NCBI GenBank assembly: GCA_041563955.1
Contig: JBFGQV010000002.1
Location: 147 to 64,146, forward strand
Direction of reading: 5' to 3'
DNA from: Alphaproteobacteria bacterium
GTDB lineage: Bacteria > Pseudomonadota > Alphaproteobacteria > UBA8366 > JADFVY01
Length of the DNA: 64,000 nucleotides
Below the pieces are notes generated by a model that was not told the DNA's origin, searched no databases, and saw only the letters and a program-made list of their open reading frames with translations. Position numbers and translations under genes: made by a program. Below are positions 1 to 9,841 of the stretch, piece after piece (within the stretch, counting starts at the first letter, position 1; every line of letters starts with the position of its first letter).

Positions 1-347
1 TCCAGGACGAGGCGCTGCTCGAAACGGTGCTGGCCGAACCGCGCCAGCGCTTCACCGCCAGCACCTTGACCGATGCCGCCGCCGTGCGCGCCGACCTTGC
101 GAGAGTGCGGCAGCAGGGTTACGCGATCTGCATCGGCGAACTCGATCCGGGCGTGGCCAGCTATGCCTGCCCGGTCCGCATGGAAGGCGTCGATGTGATC
201 TACGCGGTCGGACTCGTCGGCCTGGAGAAGCGGATCCGTCGCTTCGACGCGACGGAGATCGTCGCCGCCCTGCGCGACGTGGCGGACCATCTTGCGCAGC
301 AACTGCAGATGGGCCTTCCGGCCGTCCCGACGGAGTTCGTGGCATGA
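1..347 (+). CDS. IclR-family transcriptional regulator, C-terminal effector-binding part (5' end lies outside the window)
   Basis: The frame is open from the window edge. The translation ...QDEALLETVLAEPRQRFTASTLTD...VRQQGYAICIGELDPGVASYACPV matches the typical IclR C-terminal domain pattern. The stop overlaps the next gene's start (ATGA at 344-347). Confidence 0.7.
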   Translation, partial: QDEALLETVLAEPRQRFTASTLTDAAAVRADLARVRQQGYAICIGELDPGVASYACPVRMEGVDVIYAVGLVGLEKRIRRFDATEIVAALRDVADHLAQQLQMGLPAVPTEFVA

Positions 348-2356
348 GCGGCGGCTGGCAGGCCGGGGTCGACGTCGGCGGCACCTTCATCGACGTGGTC
401 GCGCGGAATGCGGCTACGGGGGAGGCGCGCGCCGCAAAAGTCCGCACAAGGACGGACGATCGGGTTGCCGGCATCCGGTCGGCGTTGGCCGCGGTCGGTC
501 TCGACTGGGATGATGTCGACGACCTGATCCACGGCACCACCATGGCGACCAACGCCATCGTCGAGGGCAAGCTGGCGGATGTGGCGCTGATCGCAACGCA
601 GGGCTTCGCCGACACGCTGGAGATCGGCCGCCAGAACCGCCGGCATCTCTATCGGCTGGACCTGCCGCCCAAGACGCCGCCGCAGGTGCGGGCGGAACGA
701 CGCTTCGAAGTGGTGGAGCGGCTCGATCATAGCGGACGCATTGTCACGCCGCTCGATCCCCGCTCGGCGCAGGCCGCGCTGGACGGCGCCGTCGCGAGTG
801 GCGTAAAGGCGGTCGCGGTGGCGCTGCTGCATGCCTACGCCAATGACTGCCATGAGCGCGCGCTGGCCGAGGCGCTGGCGGATCGCGTTCCCTATGTCGC
901 GCTGTCCAGCCGGGTCAATCCCGAGGCCCGCGAATACGAACGGACGGCGACGACGGTGCTGAGCGCGAGCCTGATGCCGCTCGTGGCCCGGTATCTCGAC
1001 GATCTGGAGGCGGCCAAGCCGGACCGGTCGCGGCTCCACCTGTTTCATTCCGCGGGCGGCATGGCCTCGCCGGCGGCCGTGCGCGACCAGCCGTCGGGCC
1101 TCGCGCTGTCCGGCCCCGCCGCGGGCGTCGCGGCGGCCGCGCTCGTCGCCACCGAGCTCGGCATCGAGCATGCCATCAGCTTCGACATGGGCGGCACCAC
1201 AACGGACGTCTGTTTGATCACCGGCGGCCGGGCGGAAGTCGACAGCGATCGCAGCGTTGCGGGACGACCGTTGCGCCAGGCGATGGTGGCGGTCGAGTCG
1301 ATCGGCGCCGGCGGCGGCTCGATCGCCCGACTCGACCACGGCGCGCTGACCGTCGGTCCGGACAGCGCCGGCGCCGACCCGGGCCCGGCCTCCTACGGCA
1401 TTGGCGGCACCGACCCGACGGTGACCGACGCCAACCTCCTGCTCGGCTACATGTCCACGAAGCGCCTGCTGGGCGGCGAAATCCAGCTGGATGCCGCCGC
1501 AGCGCGCGACGCCATCACGCCGCTCGCCGAAGCCATGAGCGTGGCGCCCGAGGAGGCGGCGCTCGGCATCGTACGGGTCGCCAACGCCAGCATGACGCGG
1601 GCGCTCGGCCGCATCACCGTGGAGCGCGGCATCGACGGGCGCGACTGCGCGCTGATCGCCTTCGGCGGCGCCGGGCCGATGCACGCGGTCGCGGTGGCGC
1701 GCGCCTTCGGCATCTCCAGGGTGGTCGTGCCGGCCTTCTCCAGCGTGTTTTCCGCTTTGGGGTGCGTTGCCGCCGAAAAGAGCTACACGCAGGCGCAGAC
1801 GTTCCGAATGGCATCGGGGGATTGGCAGCCCGGCGCGGTGCTGGACGCCCAGGAAAGCCTGCGGGCGCGCCTCGCCGCACCGCTGCTCGCCGCCGGACAC
1901 GATGTGGATCAACTGGAGACGCAGACCGTCGCCGGCGTCCGTTACAGCGGCCAGAGCTATGCGGTCGAGGTACCGAACCCGGCACTGGACGACCCGGCAA
2001 CGCTGGGCGAAGCCTTCCGCAGCCTGCACGCGCGGCTGTACGGCTTCGCGACCGACGAGCCGTGGGAGCTGGTCGCGTTGCGGCTGACCGTATCGGTGCC
2101 GCGCAAGGCCGAAAACGGCGTGGGACACGCGGCGACCCCGGCGACCGCCGGGGCCCCTAGCGCCGATTGCGTGTTCGCACCGGACGGCCCGGTGCCGACG
2201 CGGCGCCTGGACCGGGGCATGCTCTCCGCCGGAGAGCGAATCGCCGGTCCGGCCATCATCGAGGATCCGTGGTCGACGACCGTGCTGCCGCCCGGCGCCG
2301 CGCTGCGCGCCGACGAAAACGGCCATTTGCATATCGATGTCGGGGGCGCCGCATGA
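344..2356 (+). CDS. Hydantoinase/oxoprolinase family protein, A (HyuA-like, ATP-dependent) subunit
   Basis: 670 aa. N-terminus GVDVGGTFIDVV and later FDMGGTTTDV are the actin-like ATPase motifs typical of HyuA/OplA-type proteins. Coupled by ATGA to both flanking genes. Confidence 0.85.
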   Translation: MSGGWQAGVDVGGTFIDVVARNAATGEARAAKVRTRTDDRVAGIRSALAAVGLDWDDVDDLIHGTTMATNAIVEGKLADVALIATQGFADTLEIGRQNRRHLYRLDLPPKTPPQVRAERRFEVVERLDHSGRIVTPLDPRSAQAALDGAVASGVKAVAVALLHAYANDCHERALAEALADRVPYVALSSRVNPEAREYERTATTVLSASLMPLVARYLDDLEAAKPDRSRLHLFHSAGGMASPAAVRDQPSGLALSGPAAGVAAAALVATELGIEHAISFDMGGTTTDVCLITGGRAEVDSDRSVAGRPLRQAMVAVESIGAGGGSIARLDHGALTVGPDSAGADPGPASYGIGGTDPTVTDANLLLGYMSTKRLLGGEIQLDAAAARDAITPLAEAMSVAPEEAALGIVRVANASMTRALGRITVERGIDGRDCALIAFGGAGPMHAVAVARAFGISRVVVPAFSSVFSALGCVAAEKSYTQAQTFRMASGDWQPGAVLDAQESLRARLAAPLLAAGHDVDQLETQTVAGVRYSGQSYAVEVPNPALDDPATLGEAFRSLHARLYGFATDEPWELVALRLTVSVPRKAENGVGHAATPATAGAPSADCVFAPDGPVPTRRLDRGMLSAGERIAGPAIIEDPWSTTVLPPGAALRADENGHLHIDVGGAA

Positions 2357-3945
2357 CGTTCGCCGTCGATCCCGTTACGCTCGAGGTGATCCGCAACGGG
2401 CTGACCGCCATCGCCGAGGAGATGTCGCTCGTGGTGATGCGCTCGGCACGCTCACCGCTGCTGCGCGAGGCCGGCGACCTGTCGTCGGCGCTGACCGATG
2501 CAGACGGCGAGTTGATCGCGCAGGGGCGCGACATCCCGATGCATCTCGGTGTCATGAGCTTCACGGTGAAGGAGTTCCTGAAGCGCGTGCCGAAGGCGCG
2601 GCTCGCCCCGGGCGACGTCTGGTTCCTCAACCTGCCGGAGGTGGGCGGCAACCACCTGCCGGACGTCAAGGCCATCCGGCCGGTCTTTGCCGACGGTGCG
2701 ATCCGCGCGTTTGCGGTCAGCCTCGCGCACTGGGCCGATATCGGCGGTGCGGTTCCGGGGTCCTATGTCGCAGGCGCGACCGATGCCTGGCAGGAGGGCC
2801 TGCGCATCGCGCCGACGCGCCTGTTCACGGCGGACGGGCCGGACCGCGAAAAACTGGACCTGATCCTGGCCAATGTTCGCGGCGCGGAGGAGCGCGAGGG
2901 CGACATCCTTGCCCAGATGGCCGCGACCCGGGCGGCCGAGGCGGCGTTGCAGCGGGTGTTCGACGCCCACGGCCTCGACGTCGTGGAAGCCACGATCGCC
3001 GCCATCCACGACCGGGCGGAGGCGCAGATGCGCGCGGCGCTGAGGGCCCTGCCCGACGGCGTCTACGACGGCGAGGATTTCCTCGACGACGACGGCGCCG
3101 GGGGGCCGCCCCTGCCGATCCGCGTGTCGGTGACGCTGGAGGGCGACCGCGCCGTCTTCGATTTCACCGGATGCGGCGATGCCGCACGCGGGCCGCTCAA
3201 CACGACGCCGTTCATCGCCGCCGCCGCGGTGTTCTATGTCGTCAAGACGCTGGTCGGGCCCGACATCCAGCCGAGCGGCGGCTGCTACCGGCCGCTGGAG
3301 GTGCGAACGCGCGCCGGTTCGGTGCTCGACCCCGGCCCCGACAAGCCGGTCGTCGGCGGCAATCACGAGACGTCGCAGCGCGTGGCGGATGCGGTGTTCC
3401 GGGCATTCGAGCCGGCGCTGCCCGAGGCGCTGAGCGCCGGCGGGCCGACCACTTCGGGCCTCCTGCTGTTTGGAGGGCGGCGCGAGGACGGCGTCTGGAC
3501 CACCCTGTACGAAACCCATGGCGGCGGCGAAGGCGCGCGGGCGGACCGCGACGGCGCGCCGGTGATCCGCGTTCACATGTCGAACGTGATGAACACGCCG
3601 GCCGAGATCATCGAGGCGGAATACCCGATCGACGTCGTCACGCAGGCTTTGCGGCGCGGCTCCGGCGGCGCCGGCCGGCACCGCGGCGGCGACGGCGTGC
3701 GGCGCGAGTACCGCATGCGGGTCGACGACGTTTCGCTGACCTCGATGTTCGAGCGTCGCGTGGTGCCGCCCTACGGCCTGCAGGGCGGCAAGGACGGCGC
3801 GCCATTCCGGGTCACCATGGTGCGCGCCGATGGGGCGACCGAGGATCTGCCCGGCAAGGCGAATGTGCGACTGGTACGAGGCGACCGTGTCATCGTGGAA
3901 AGCTGCGGCGGCGGCGGCTACGGCGCACCGGACGCGAAAGACTGA
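2353..3945 (+). CDS. Hydantoinase B/oxoprolinase family protein (HyuB-like subunit)
   Basis: The internal ATG at 2353 gives MTFAVDPVTLEVIRNGLTAIAEEM..., the canonical HyuB N-terminus. It overlaps the hyuA-like stop as ATGA. The 62 upstream codons in the track ORF are Arg-rich shadow sequence. Confidence 0.85.
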   Translation: MTFAVDPVTLEVIRNGLTAIAEEMSLVVMRSARSPLLREAGDLSSALTDADGELIAQGRDIPMHLGVMSFTVKEFLKRVPKARLAPGDVWFLNLPEVGGNHLPDVKAIRPVFADGAIRAFAVSLAHWADIGGAVPGSYVAGATDAWQEGLRIAPTRLFTADGPDREKLDLILANVRGAEEREGDILAQMAATRAAEAALQRVFDAHGLDVVEATIAAIHDRAEAQMRAALRALPDGVYDGEDFLDDDGAGGPPLPIRVSVTLEGDRAVFDFTGCGDAARGPLNTTPFIAAAAVFYVVKTLVGPDIQPSGGCYRPLEVRTRAGSVLDPGPDKPVVGGNHETSQRVADAVFRAFEPALPEALSAGGPTTSGLLLFGGRREDGVWTTLYETHGGGEGARADRDGAPVIRVHMSNVMNTPAEIIEAEYPIDVVTQALRRGSGGAGRHRGGDGVRREYRMRVDDVSLTSMFERRVVPPYGLQGGKDGAPFRVTMVRADGATEDLPGKANVRLVRGDRVIVESCGGGGYGAPDAKD

Positions 3946-3965
3946 TTCTGCAGGGAGGCGGACAT

Positions 3966-4748
3966 ATGAAACTGGAAGGCAGGAAGGCGATCATCACCGG
4001 CGCAGCCAAGGGCATGGGCGCCGCCATCACCACCACCCTGGCCCGCGAAGGTGCCGATATCGTCCTCGGCGCCCGCGACATGGCGGCGCTGGAGGAGGTC
4101 GCGGGCACCGTGCGCGGCATGGGCCGCGACGCGCACTGCGTGTCGGTGGACGTCACCCAGGAGGACCAGGTCAGGGCCATGGTCGACACCGCGAAGGACG
4201 CGTTCGGCGGGCGCATCGACATCCTCGTCAACGTCGCCGGCGTCACCGGTCCGATCGAGACGCCGGTCCAGGACATCGAGGTTGCCGATTTCGACTACGT
4301 GATCACCGCCAACGTGCGCGGCACCTTCCTTCCCATCAAGCATGTCATGCCGGTGATGATCGCCCAGAAATATGGCAAGATCGTCAATATCGGCGGCACT
4401 TCCGGGCTGCGCGGCTATCCGATGCGGACCGCATACAGCGCCTCCAAATGGGCGGTGCGCGGACTCACCCGGACCGTGGCGCTGGAGGCAGGGCCGCACA
4501 ACGTCAACGTCAACGCCGTCTGTCCCGGTATCGTCGAGACGCCGCGCATGCAGAAGCTGTGCGAGGAGAAAGCGCGAATCCGCGGCTGGACGCGGGAGCA
4601 GGTTTACGAGGAATATGTCGACGACATGGCGTTGCGGCGCGTGACGACGCCGCAGGACATCGCCAATGCGGTCCTGTTCATGGCCAGCGACGACAGCCGC
4701 AACATGGCCGGCCAGGAAGTCACGGTGGACGGCGGCTGGGACGTCTGA
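3966..4748 (+). CDS. SDR-family oxidoreductase (short-chain dehydrogenase/reductase)
   Basis: MKLEGRKAIITGAAKGMGAAI carries the TGxxxGxG cofactor motif. YSASKWAV carries the catalytic YxxxK. About 260 aa. Confidence 0.85.
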   Translation: MKLEGRKAIITGAAKGMGAAITTTLAREGADIVLGARDMAALEEVAGTVRGMGRDAHCVSVDVTQEDQVRAMVDTAKDAFGGRIDILVNVAGVTGPIETPVQDIEVADFDYVITANVRGTFLPIKHVMPVMIAQKYGKIVNIGGTSGLRGYPMRTAYSASKWAVRGLTRTVALEAGPHNVNVNAVCPGIVETPRMQKLCEEKARIRGWTREQVYEEYVDDMALRRVTTPQDIANAVLFMASDDSRNMAGQEVTVDGGWDV

Positions 4749-4772
4749 CGGCGCACGAAGGGAGCAGCAATC

Positions 4773-5633
4773 ATGCTCGGTGATTTCGATCTGCAGATGC
4801 CGGACAGCCTGGAGGAGGCACTGGGCCTGCTGGCCGACGGCGACGCGCCGGCGCTTCTATCCGGGGGGACGAACATGCTGGTCGACATGCGCGCCGGCAG
4901 TGCCCGGCCGAACCGCGTGATCTCGCTGGCCCGGCTGGCGAGGCTGCGCTGGATCGAGGAGCGCGACCACCGTATCGCCATCGGCGCCGGCACGACGGTG
5001 AGCGACCTGCTGCGTGATGCGCGGATCGCGGTGCACGGCGCCTCGCTGGTCGAGGCGTCCCGGCAGTTTGCCGGGCAGATGGTGCGCAACACCGCAACCG
5101 TCGCCGGCAACGTCGCTTACGGTTCGCCGGCCGCCGACCTGGTGCCGCCGCTGATGGCGCTGGACGCCGAGGTCACGCTGATGTCGAGATCGGATACGCG
5201 GACGGTGCCGCTGGCGGATTTCTATGCCGGTTACAGACAGACCGTGCGACGCACGGATGAACTGATTGCCGGGATTTCCTGGCCGAAACGCGAACCTGGG
5301 TCGGCCGACCTGTTCTACAAGCTGGCCCGCCGCAAGGGTGACGCCATCACGGTGACCGGCGTCGCGGTGGCGCTGGGCATGACGGACGGACGCTGCACCA
5401 ACGTCCGGATCGCGCTCGGTGCCGTCGCACCGACGGTCATACGCGTACGTGCGGCCGAGGCGACGCTGGAAGGCGAGGCGCCCGTCGAGAACGTGATCGA
5501 GGAAGCCGCGCGGCAGGCGGCGCGGGACTGCAGCCCGATCGACGACGTCCGCGCCAGCGCCGACTACCGGCGTCACACGGTTCACGTGCTGGTCCGGCGT
5601 CTCGTCGGCCAGGCGGTCGAGCAGGCGCGTTGA
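4773..5633 (+). CDS. Xanthine dehydrogenase/CoxM-type FAD-binding medium subunit of a molybdenum hydroxylase
   Basis: 286 aa. LLSGGTNMLVDMR and ATVAGNV motifs are typical of the FAD-binding molybdopterin dehydrogenase subunit. It sits immediately upstream of the 2Fe-2S and Mo subunits. Confidence 0.85.
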   Translation: MLGDFDLQMPDSLEEALGLLADGDAPALLSGGTNMLVDMRAGSARPNRVISLARLARLRWIEERDHRIAIGAGTTVSDLLRDARIAVHGASLVEASRQFAGQMVRNTATVAGNVAYGSPAADLVPPLMALDAEVTLMSRSDTRTVPLADFYAGYRQTVRRTDELIAGISWPKREPGSADLFYKLARRKGDAITVTGVAVALGMTDGRCTNVRIALGAVAPTVIRVRAAEATLEGEAPVENVIEEAARQAARDCSPIDDVRASADYRRHTVHVLVRRLVGQAVEQAR

Positions 5634-5646
5634 GGGAGGGCATTTC

Positions 5647-6135
5647 ATGACAAGCGAAAAGACCATAACCCTGGACATCAACGGCCGCCGCGAAACCGTG
5701 ACGATACCGGCGCACCGCACCTTGCTCGAGACGCTGCGCGCCATCGGCCATGTCGAGGTCAAGTCCGGCTGCGAGAAGGGCGATTGCGGCGCCTGCGCCG
5801 TGCTGGTTGACGGGGTGGCGGTGGACAGCTGCCTGACCCTCGCCTGGACCGTCGAGGGCCGCGCCATCACCACGGTCACCGGCCTCGGCAGCGTCGACGC
5901 GCTGCATCCGCTGCAGCAGGCCTTCGCCGAGACCGGCGCCGCCCAGTGCGGCTACTGCACGCCGGGCCTGATCATCGCGGCGCAGTCTTTGCTGAACGAC
6001 GATGCGGATCCGGACGAGGACGACATCCGGCTGGCGCTGAGCGGCAATCTCTGCCGCTGCACCGGCTACACCAAGGTGTTCGAGGCGGTGGCGCAGGCCG
6101 CCCGGGCGATGAAGGCGACGGGAGGCCGGTCATGA
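5647..6135 (+). CDS. (2Fe-2S)-binding small subunit of a molybdenum hydroxylase
   Basis: 162 aa with [16 protein letters not shown] and CGYCTPG...CRCTGY, the two canonical [2Fe-2S] cysteine clusters. Confidence 0.9.
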   Translation: MTSEKTITLDINGRRETVTIPAHRTLLETLRAIGHVEVKSGCEKGDCGACAVLVDGVAVDSCLTLAWTVEGRAITTVTGLGSVDALHPLQQAFAETGAAQCGYCTPGLIIAAQSLLNDDADPDEDDIRLALSGNLCRCTGYTKVFEAVAQAARAMKATGGRS

Positions 6136-8462
6136 CCGCTGAGAGCCCCGCAAATGTGGAGTTCCGCCAGGTCGGCAAGGCGCTGACCCGCACCGATGCG
6201 CCGGGCAAGGCGACGGGCCGCACGCCCTATGCCGGCGACTACACGATGCCCGGCATGCTCCACGCGCGGGTGCTGCGCAGCCCCGAGGCGAGCGCCCGGC
6301 TCACCCGCATCGACGCCGCCGAGGCGCGCGCTTTGGCCGGCGTTGCCTGCGTGCTGACCGGACCGGACCTGCCGGACCGCCTCGCGCCCACCGACATTCC
6401 CGGCCAGACCGGGCAGAAACGCAAGGATACCGGCCAGCCGATCCTGGTGCGCGACCGCGTGCGCTATTATGGCGAGCCGCTCGCCCTGATCGCCGCCGAG
6501 ACCCCCGACATCGCCGAGCAGGCGCTGCAGCTCGTCGACTATGAGCTGGAGCCGCTCGCCGGCGTCTACGACCCGGAGGCGGCGCTGCAGCCGGGCGCGC
6601 CGATCATCCAGGGCGCCGACAACATCGTGGCGTCGCAGAAGATGCGCAAGGGCGACATCGACAAGGGCTTCGCCGAGGCCGACCTGATCGTCGAGCGCAC
6701 CTACCGGACCCAGTTCATCGAGCACGCCTTCCTGGAGCCCGAGGTCGGGCTCGCCTGGGTCGACGAGAACGACGTCGTCAACATCCGCGTTGCAACCCAG
6801 GTGATCGAGCATTTCCGCGGCATCGCCGACGCCGTCGGGGTGCCGCACAACAAGATCCGCATCCGCGGTGCCCTGGTGGGCGGCGGCTTCGGCGGCAAGG
6901 AGGACGTGACGGTCGAAACCTACCTTGCGCTGCTGGCCCTGCACACAGGGCGGCCGGTGCGGCTCGAGTTCACGCGCGAGGACTCGTTCCTCGGCCACGG
7001 CAAGCGGCACCCGTTCAAGATGACGTACAAGACAGGCGTGTCGAAAGACGGCCGGATCACGGCGCTGGAGGTCCGCCTGCTCGCCGACGCCGGCGCCTAC
7101 GTGTTCCTGTCGCCCTACGTGCTGCTCTACGCCGCGGTGGCGGCGCCCGGCCCGTACCGCATCGACAATCTGTTCGTCGACGGCAAGGCGGTGGCGACCA
7201 ACAACATGTTCACCAGCGCGTTCCGCGGCTTCGGCGGCGCCCAGGCCTGCATCGCCTACGAGCAGCAGATGGACGAGGTGGCGAAGGCACTGGACATGGA
7301 CCGCATCGAGTTCCGACGGCGGAATTATCTGAAGACCGGCGAGAAACTGGCCACCGGGGTGCCGATCCAGAGCGCGGTTTGGACCGAGGAATGCGTCGAC
7401 CGCGCGCTGGACGCCCTCGGCGAGCCGGGCACGCCGCCGCATCCCGCGGTGAGGGTCGGCCGCGGCGTCGCCGCCTATCAGCAGTCCTACGGCCGCATCA
7501 CCTGGCTGCACGACACCTCGGAATGCTGGGTCGGCGTCGAGGTCGACGGCACCGTGATCGTGCGCTCCGGGGTGACCGACATCGGCGCCGGCCAGGTCTC
7601 CGCCCTCGGCCAGATCGCCGCCGAGCTGCTTGGCGTCGGGCTCGAGGACGTGGTCATCTACAACAGCGATTCCGCGGTCACGCCGCTGGCCGGCACGACC
7701 ACCGCGACGCGCGCCCTGTACATGACCGGCAACGCCTGTCGGATGGCGGCCGCGGCGGTACGCGAGAGGCTGGTACAACGGGCGGCCACGGCCTTCGGCG
7801 TCGCGCCGGGCGAGGTCGACCTCGCCGGCAACAGGGCCTTCGTCATCGACCGCCCGGACAAGGGCATGGACTTCGTCGACCTCGTCAAGCTGTGCGCCGC
7901 CGAAGGCGTGCACCGCTCCGAACTTGCCATCTTCCGCGCCCCGTTCACCGACCCGATCGACCCGGAGACCGGCCAGGGCCAGGTCCATCCCGACTACACC
8001 TACGGCGCCCATGCGGTGGAGGTCGCGGTCGACACCGAGACCGGAGAGGTCACGGTGCTGAAGAGCGTCGGCGCGCACGACGTCGGCCAGGCGATCAACC
8101 CGGCCGCGGTCGAGGGCCAGATCGAGGGCGGCGCGGCGCAGGGCCAGGGTTATGCCCTTAGCGAGGAGCTGCTGTACGAGGCCGGCAAGCTGGTCACGCC
8201 GTCATTGAGCGAATACCTGATGCCGACCTCGATGGACATGCCGAAGGTGCAGTCGATCATCCTCGAATCGCGCAGCGGCCTGGGGCCCTTCGGGTCGAAG
8301 GGCATCGGCGAGCCGTCGCTCACCCCGGTCGCCCCGGCCATCGCCAACGCGGTCGCCGACGCCATCGGCAGCCGCGTCTTCGAGCTGCCGATCACGCCGG
8401 AACGGGTGGTCCGGGCGTTGCGGGCGAAGGCGGAGGCGGCAGATCAGGCAAACCGGACATGA
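6132..8462 (+). CDS. Molybdopterin-binding large subunit of a xanthine dehydrogenase/aldehyde oxidase family hydroxylase
   Basis: ATG at 6132 overlaps the small-subunit stop (ATGA). AFRGFGGAQ and SKGIGEPS (active-site Glu loop) motifs are present. About 776 aa. Confidence 0.9.
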   Translation: MTAESPANVEFRQVGKALTRTDAPGKATGRTPYAGDYTMPGMLHARVLRSPEASARLTRIDAAEARALAGVACVLTGPDLPDRLAPTDIPGQTGQKRKDTGQPILVRDRVRYYGEPLALIAAETPDIAEQALQLVDYELEPLAGVYDPEAALQPGAPIIQGADNIVASQKMRKGDIDKGFAEADLIVERTYRTQFIEHAFLEPEVGLAWVDENDVVNIRVATQVIEHFRGIADAVGVPHNKIRIRGALVGGGFGGKEDVTVETYLALLALHTGRPVRLEFTREDSFLGHGKRHPFKMTYKTGVSKDGRITALEVRLLADAGAYVFLSPYVLLYAAVAAPGPYRIDNLFVDGKAVATNNMFTSAFRGFGGAQACIAYEQQMDEVAKALDMDRIEFRRRNYLKTGEKLATGVPIQSAVWTEECVDRALDALGEPGTPPHPAVRVGRGVAAYQQSYGRITWLHDTSECWVGVEVDGTVIVRSGVTDIGAGQVSALGQIAAELLGVGLEDVVIYNSDSAVTPLAGTTTATRALYMTGNACRMAAAAVRERLVQRAATAFGVAPGEVDLAGNRAFVIDRPDKGMDFVDLVKLCAAEGVHRSELAIFRAPFTDPIDPETGQGQVHPDYTYGAHAVEVAVDTETGEVTVLKSVGAHDVGQAINPAAVEGQIEGGAAQGQGYALSEELLYEAGKLVTPSLSEYLMPTSMDMPKVQSIILESRSGLGPFGSKGIGEPSLTPVAPAIANAVADAIGSRVFELPITPERVVRALRAKAEAADQANRT

Positions 8463-8968
8463 TCCGGCCGGAGCGCCCGGGTGACATCCCGGCGATCCGC
8501 GCGGTCAACCGCCTGGCCTTCGGGCAGGCGGACGAGGCCGATCTGGTCGATGCGCTGCGCGACGGCGGCTATGCGATCGCCTCGCTGGTCGCCGAGGATG
8601 AGGGCGACGTCGTCGGGCATATCCTGTTCAGCCGCCTTACGATCGAGGCGGCAGGACGCACGATCGCGGCGGCCGCGCTGGCACCGATGGCGGTGTTGCC
8701 GGAGCGTCAGCGCGAGGGCATCGGCTCGGCGCTGGTCGAGGCGGGGCTCGCGGCCTGCCGGGAGGCGGGCGTTTCCGCCGTCGTGGTGCTGGGCCATCCC
8801 AGCTATTACCCGCGGTTCGGGTTCTCGGCCGAAATCGCCCGGCGCCTGCGCCATCCCTTTCCGGCGGCCGGCGATGCCTTCATGGCGTTGGAACTGATTC
8901 CCGGCAGCCTCGACATCGAGGATGCCGCCGTGCGCTACGCGCCACCGTTCGGTATTGCGGGCGATTGA
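8459..8968 (+). CDS. GNAT-family N-acetyltransferase
   Basis: 169 aa. LPERQREGIGSALV resembles the acetyl-CoA binding Q/RxxGxG/A motif. The start overlaps the Mo-subunit stop (ATGA). Confidence 0.75.
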   Translation: MIRPERPGDIPAIRAVNRLAFGQADEADLVDALRDGGYAIASLVAEDEGDVVGHILFSRLTIEAAGRTIAAAALAPMAVLPERQREGIGSALVEAGLAACREAGVSAVVVLGHPSYYPRFGFSAEIARRLRHPFPAAGDAFMALELIPGSLDIEDAAVRYAPPFGIAGD

Positions 8969-9019
8969 GCGGCGCCGGGACCTCGCCAGCATCGAATTGT
9001 CCGGAAGGTTGGGAAGGTC

Positions 9020-9106
9020 TGGTGCCCCCGGGGAGACTCGAACTCCCACTCCGTTGCCGGAAACAGATTTTGAGTCTGCCGCGTCTACCAGTTCCGCCAC
9101 AGGGGC
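9020..9106 (-). tRNA. tRNA-Leu (anticodon CAA)
   Basis: The reverse complement reads GCCCCTGTGGCGGAACTGGTAGACGCGGCAGACTCAAAATCTGTTTCCGGCAACGGAGTGGGAGTTCGAGTCTCCCCGGGGGCACCA. It has a 7-bp acceptor stem, anticodon loop CTCAAAA, a long variable arm, a GTTCGAGTC T-loop and an encoded CCA. Confidence 0.9.
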
Positions 9107-9232
9107 ATGCGACCTGCGGATTGCCGCATCATACGCGGGCGGCGGCGCGGGTCAATCGCGCGTGTCATATGGGGTGCTGACGCGGCGCATGCGAGCCTGT
9201 ATGCTCGCGCGCCGCAACCGCGGGAGATCCCG

Positions 9233-9829
9233 ATGAAGTCACCGCTGCGACCCCTGTACGACTGGACCATGGAAAAGGCCGGCGACAGGCGCGCGCTACC
9301 GTGGCTGGCCGGGATCTCCTTCGTCGAAAGCTCGTTCTTCCCGATCCCGCCCGACATCATGGTGATCCCGATGGTGCTGGCCGACCGGGCCCGCGCCTGG
9401 CTGATCGCCGGCGTATGCACCGCGGCTTCGGTGCTGGGCGGGTTCTTCGGCTACCTGATCGGTTTCTTCCTGTTCGAGGCGATCGGCCAGCCGATCATCG
9501 AACTGTACGGCCTGGAGGACGCCTTCGCCCGGTTTCAGGGGGCCTACGCCGAATACGGCGCGGTCATCGTGTTCGGCTTCGGCCTGACGCCGCTGCCCTA
9601 CAAGGTCATCACCATCGCCAGCGGCGTCGCCGCCCTCAACCCGGTCATTTTCGGCCTCGCCTCGTTGACCAGCCGCGGGCTGCGCTTCTTCCTCGAAGCA
9701 GCGTTGCTGTACTGGCTCGGGCCGCCGGTGCGCGCCTTCATCGAGAAGCGCCTGGAGCTGGTGACGCTGGCCGTATTTGTCCTTGGCCTCGCGGGATTCA
9801 TCGCCGTAAAATACCTTTTTGAATCATAG
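9233..9829 (+). CDS. YqaA/DedA-superfamily membrane protein
   Basis: The internal ATG gives MKSPLRPLYDW...ISFVESSFFPIPPDIMVIPMVL, the typical YqaA-type signature. Multiple hydrophobic segments. Confidence 0.75.
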   Translation: MKSPLRPLYDWTMEKAGDRRALPWLAGISFVESSFFPIPPDIMVIPMVLADRARAWLIAGVCTAASVLGGFFGYLIGFFLFEAIGQPIIELYGLEDAFARFQGAYAEYGAVIVFGFGLTPLPYKVITIASGVAALNPVIFGLASLTSRGLRFFLEAALLYWLGPPVRAFIEKRLELVTLAVFVLGLAGFIAVKYLFES

Positions 9830-9841
9830 GGAAAGTTCTTG

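Noticed and set aside
2167-2352. Long N-terminal extensions in track ORFs, for example 2167-2352 before hyuB, 5946-6131 before the Mo subunit, 40851-41579 before nrdJ, 33261-33779 before lysA and 31694-32266 before argH.
   Set aside because: The extensions overlap upstream genes in other frames and are low-complexity Arg-rich sequence. Internal ATG/GTG codons give canonical family N-termini, often coupled to the upstream stop.
4773-8462. The CoxM/S/L-like genes as aerobic carbon monoxide dehydrogenase.
   Set aside because: The gene order M-S-L resembles cox operons. However, I saw no CODH-type active-site loop in the large subunit, which instead has the generic AFRGFGG motif of xanthine dehydrogenase/aldehyde oxidase-type hydroxylases. 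No cox accessory genes are present.
8444-9100. A 218-aa minus-strand ORF beginning MAELVDAADSKSVSGNGVGVRVSPGAPD.
   Set aside because: Its N-terminus is simply the translation of tRNA-Leu(CAA). The rest is antisense to the GNAT gene.
1-9106. The catabolic operon as a genomic island integrated at tRNA-Leu.
   Set aside because: No integrase, no repeat of the tRNA 3' end and no compositional break are visible in the window. The cluster's codon usage looks like that of the rest of the sequence.
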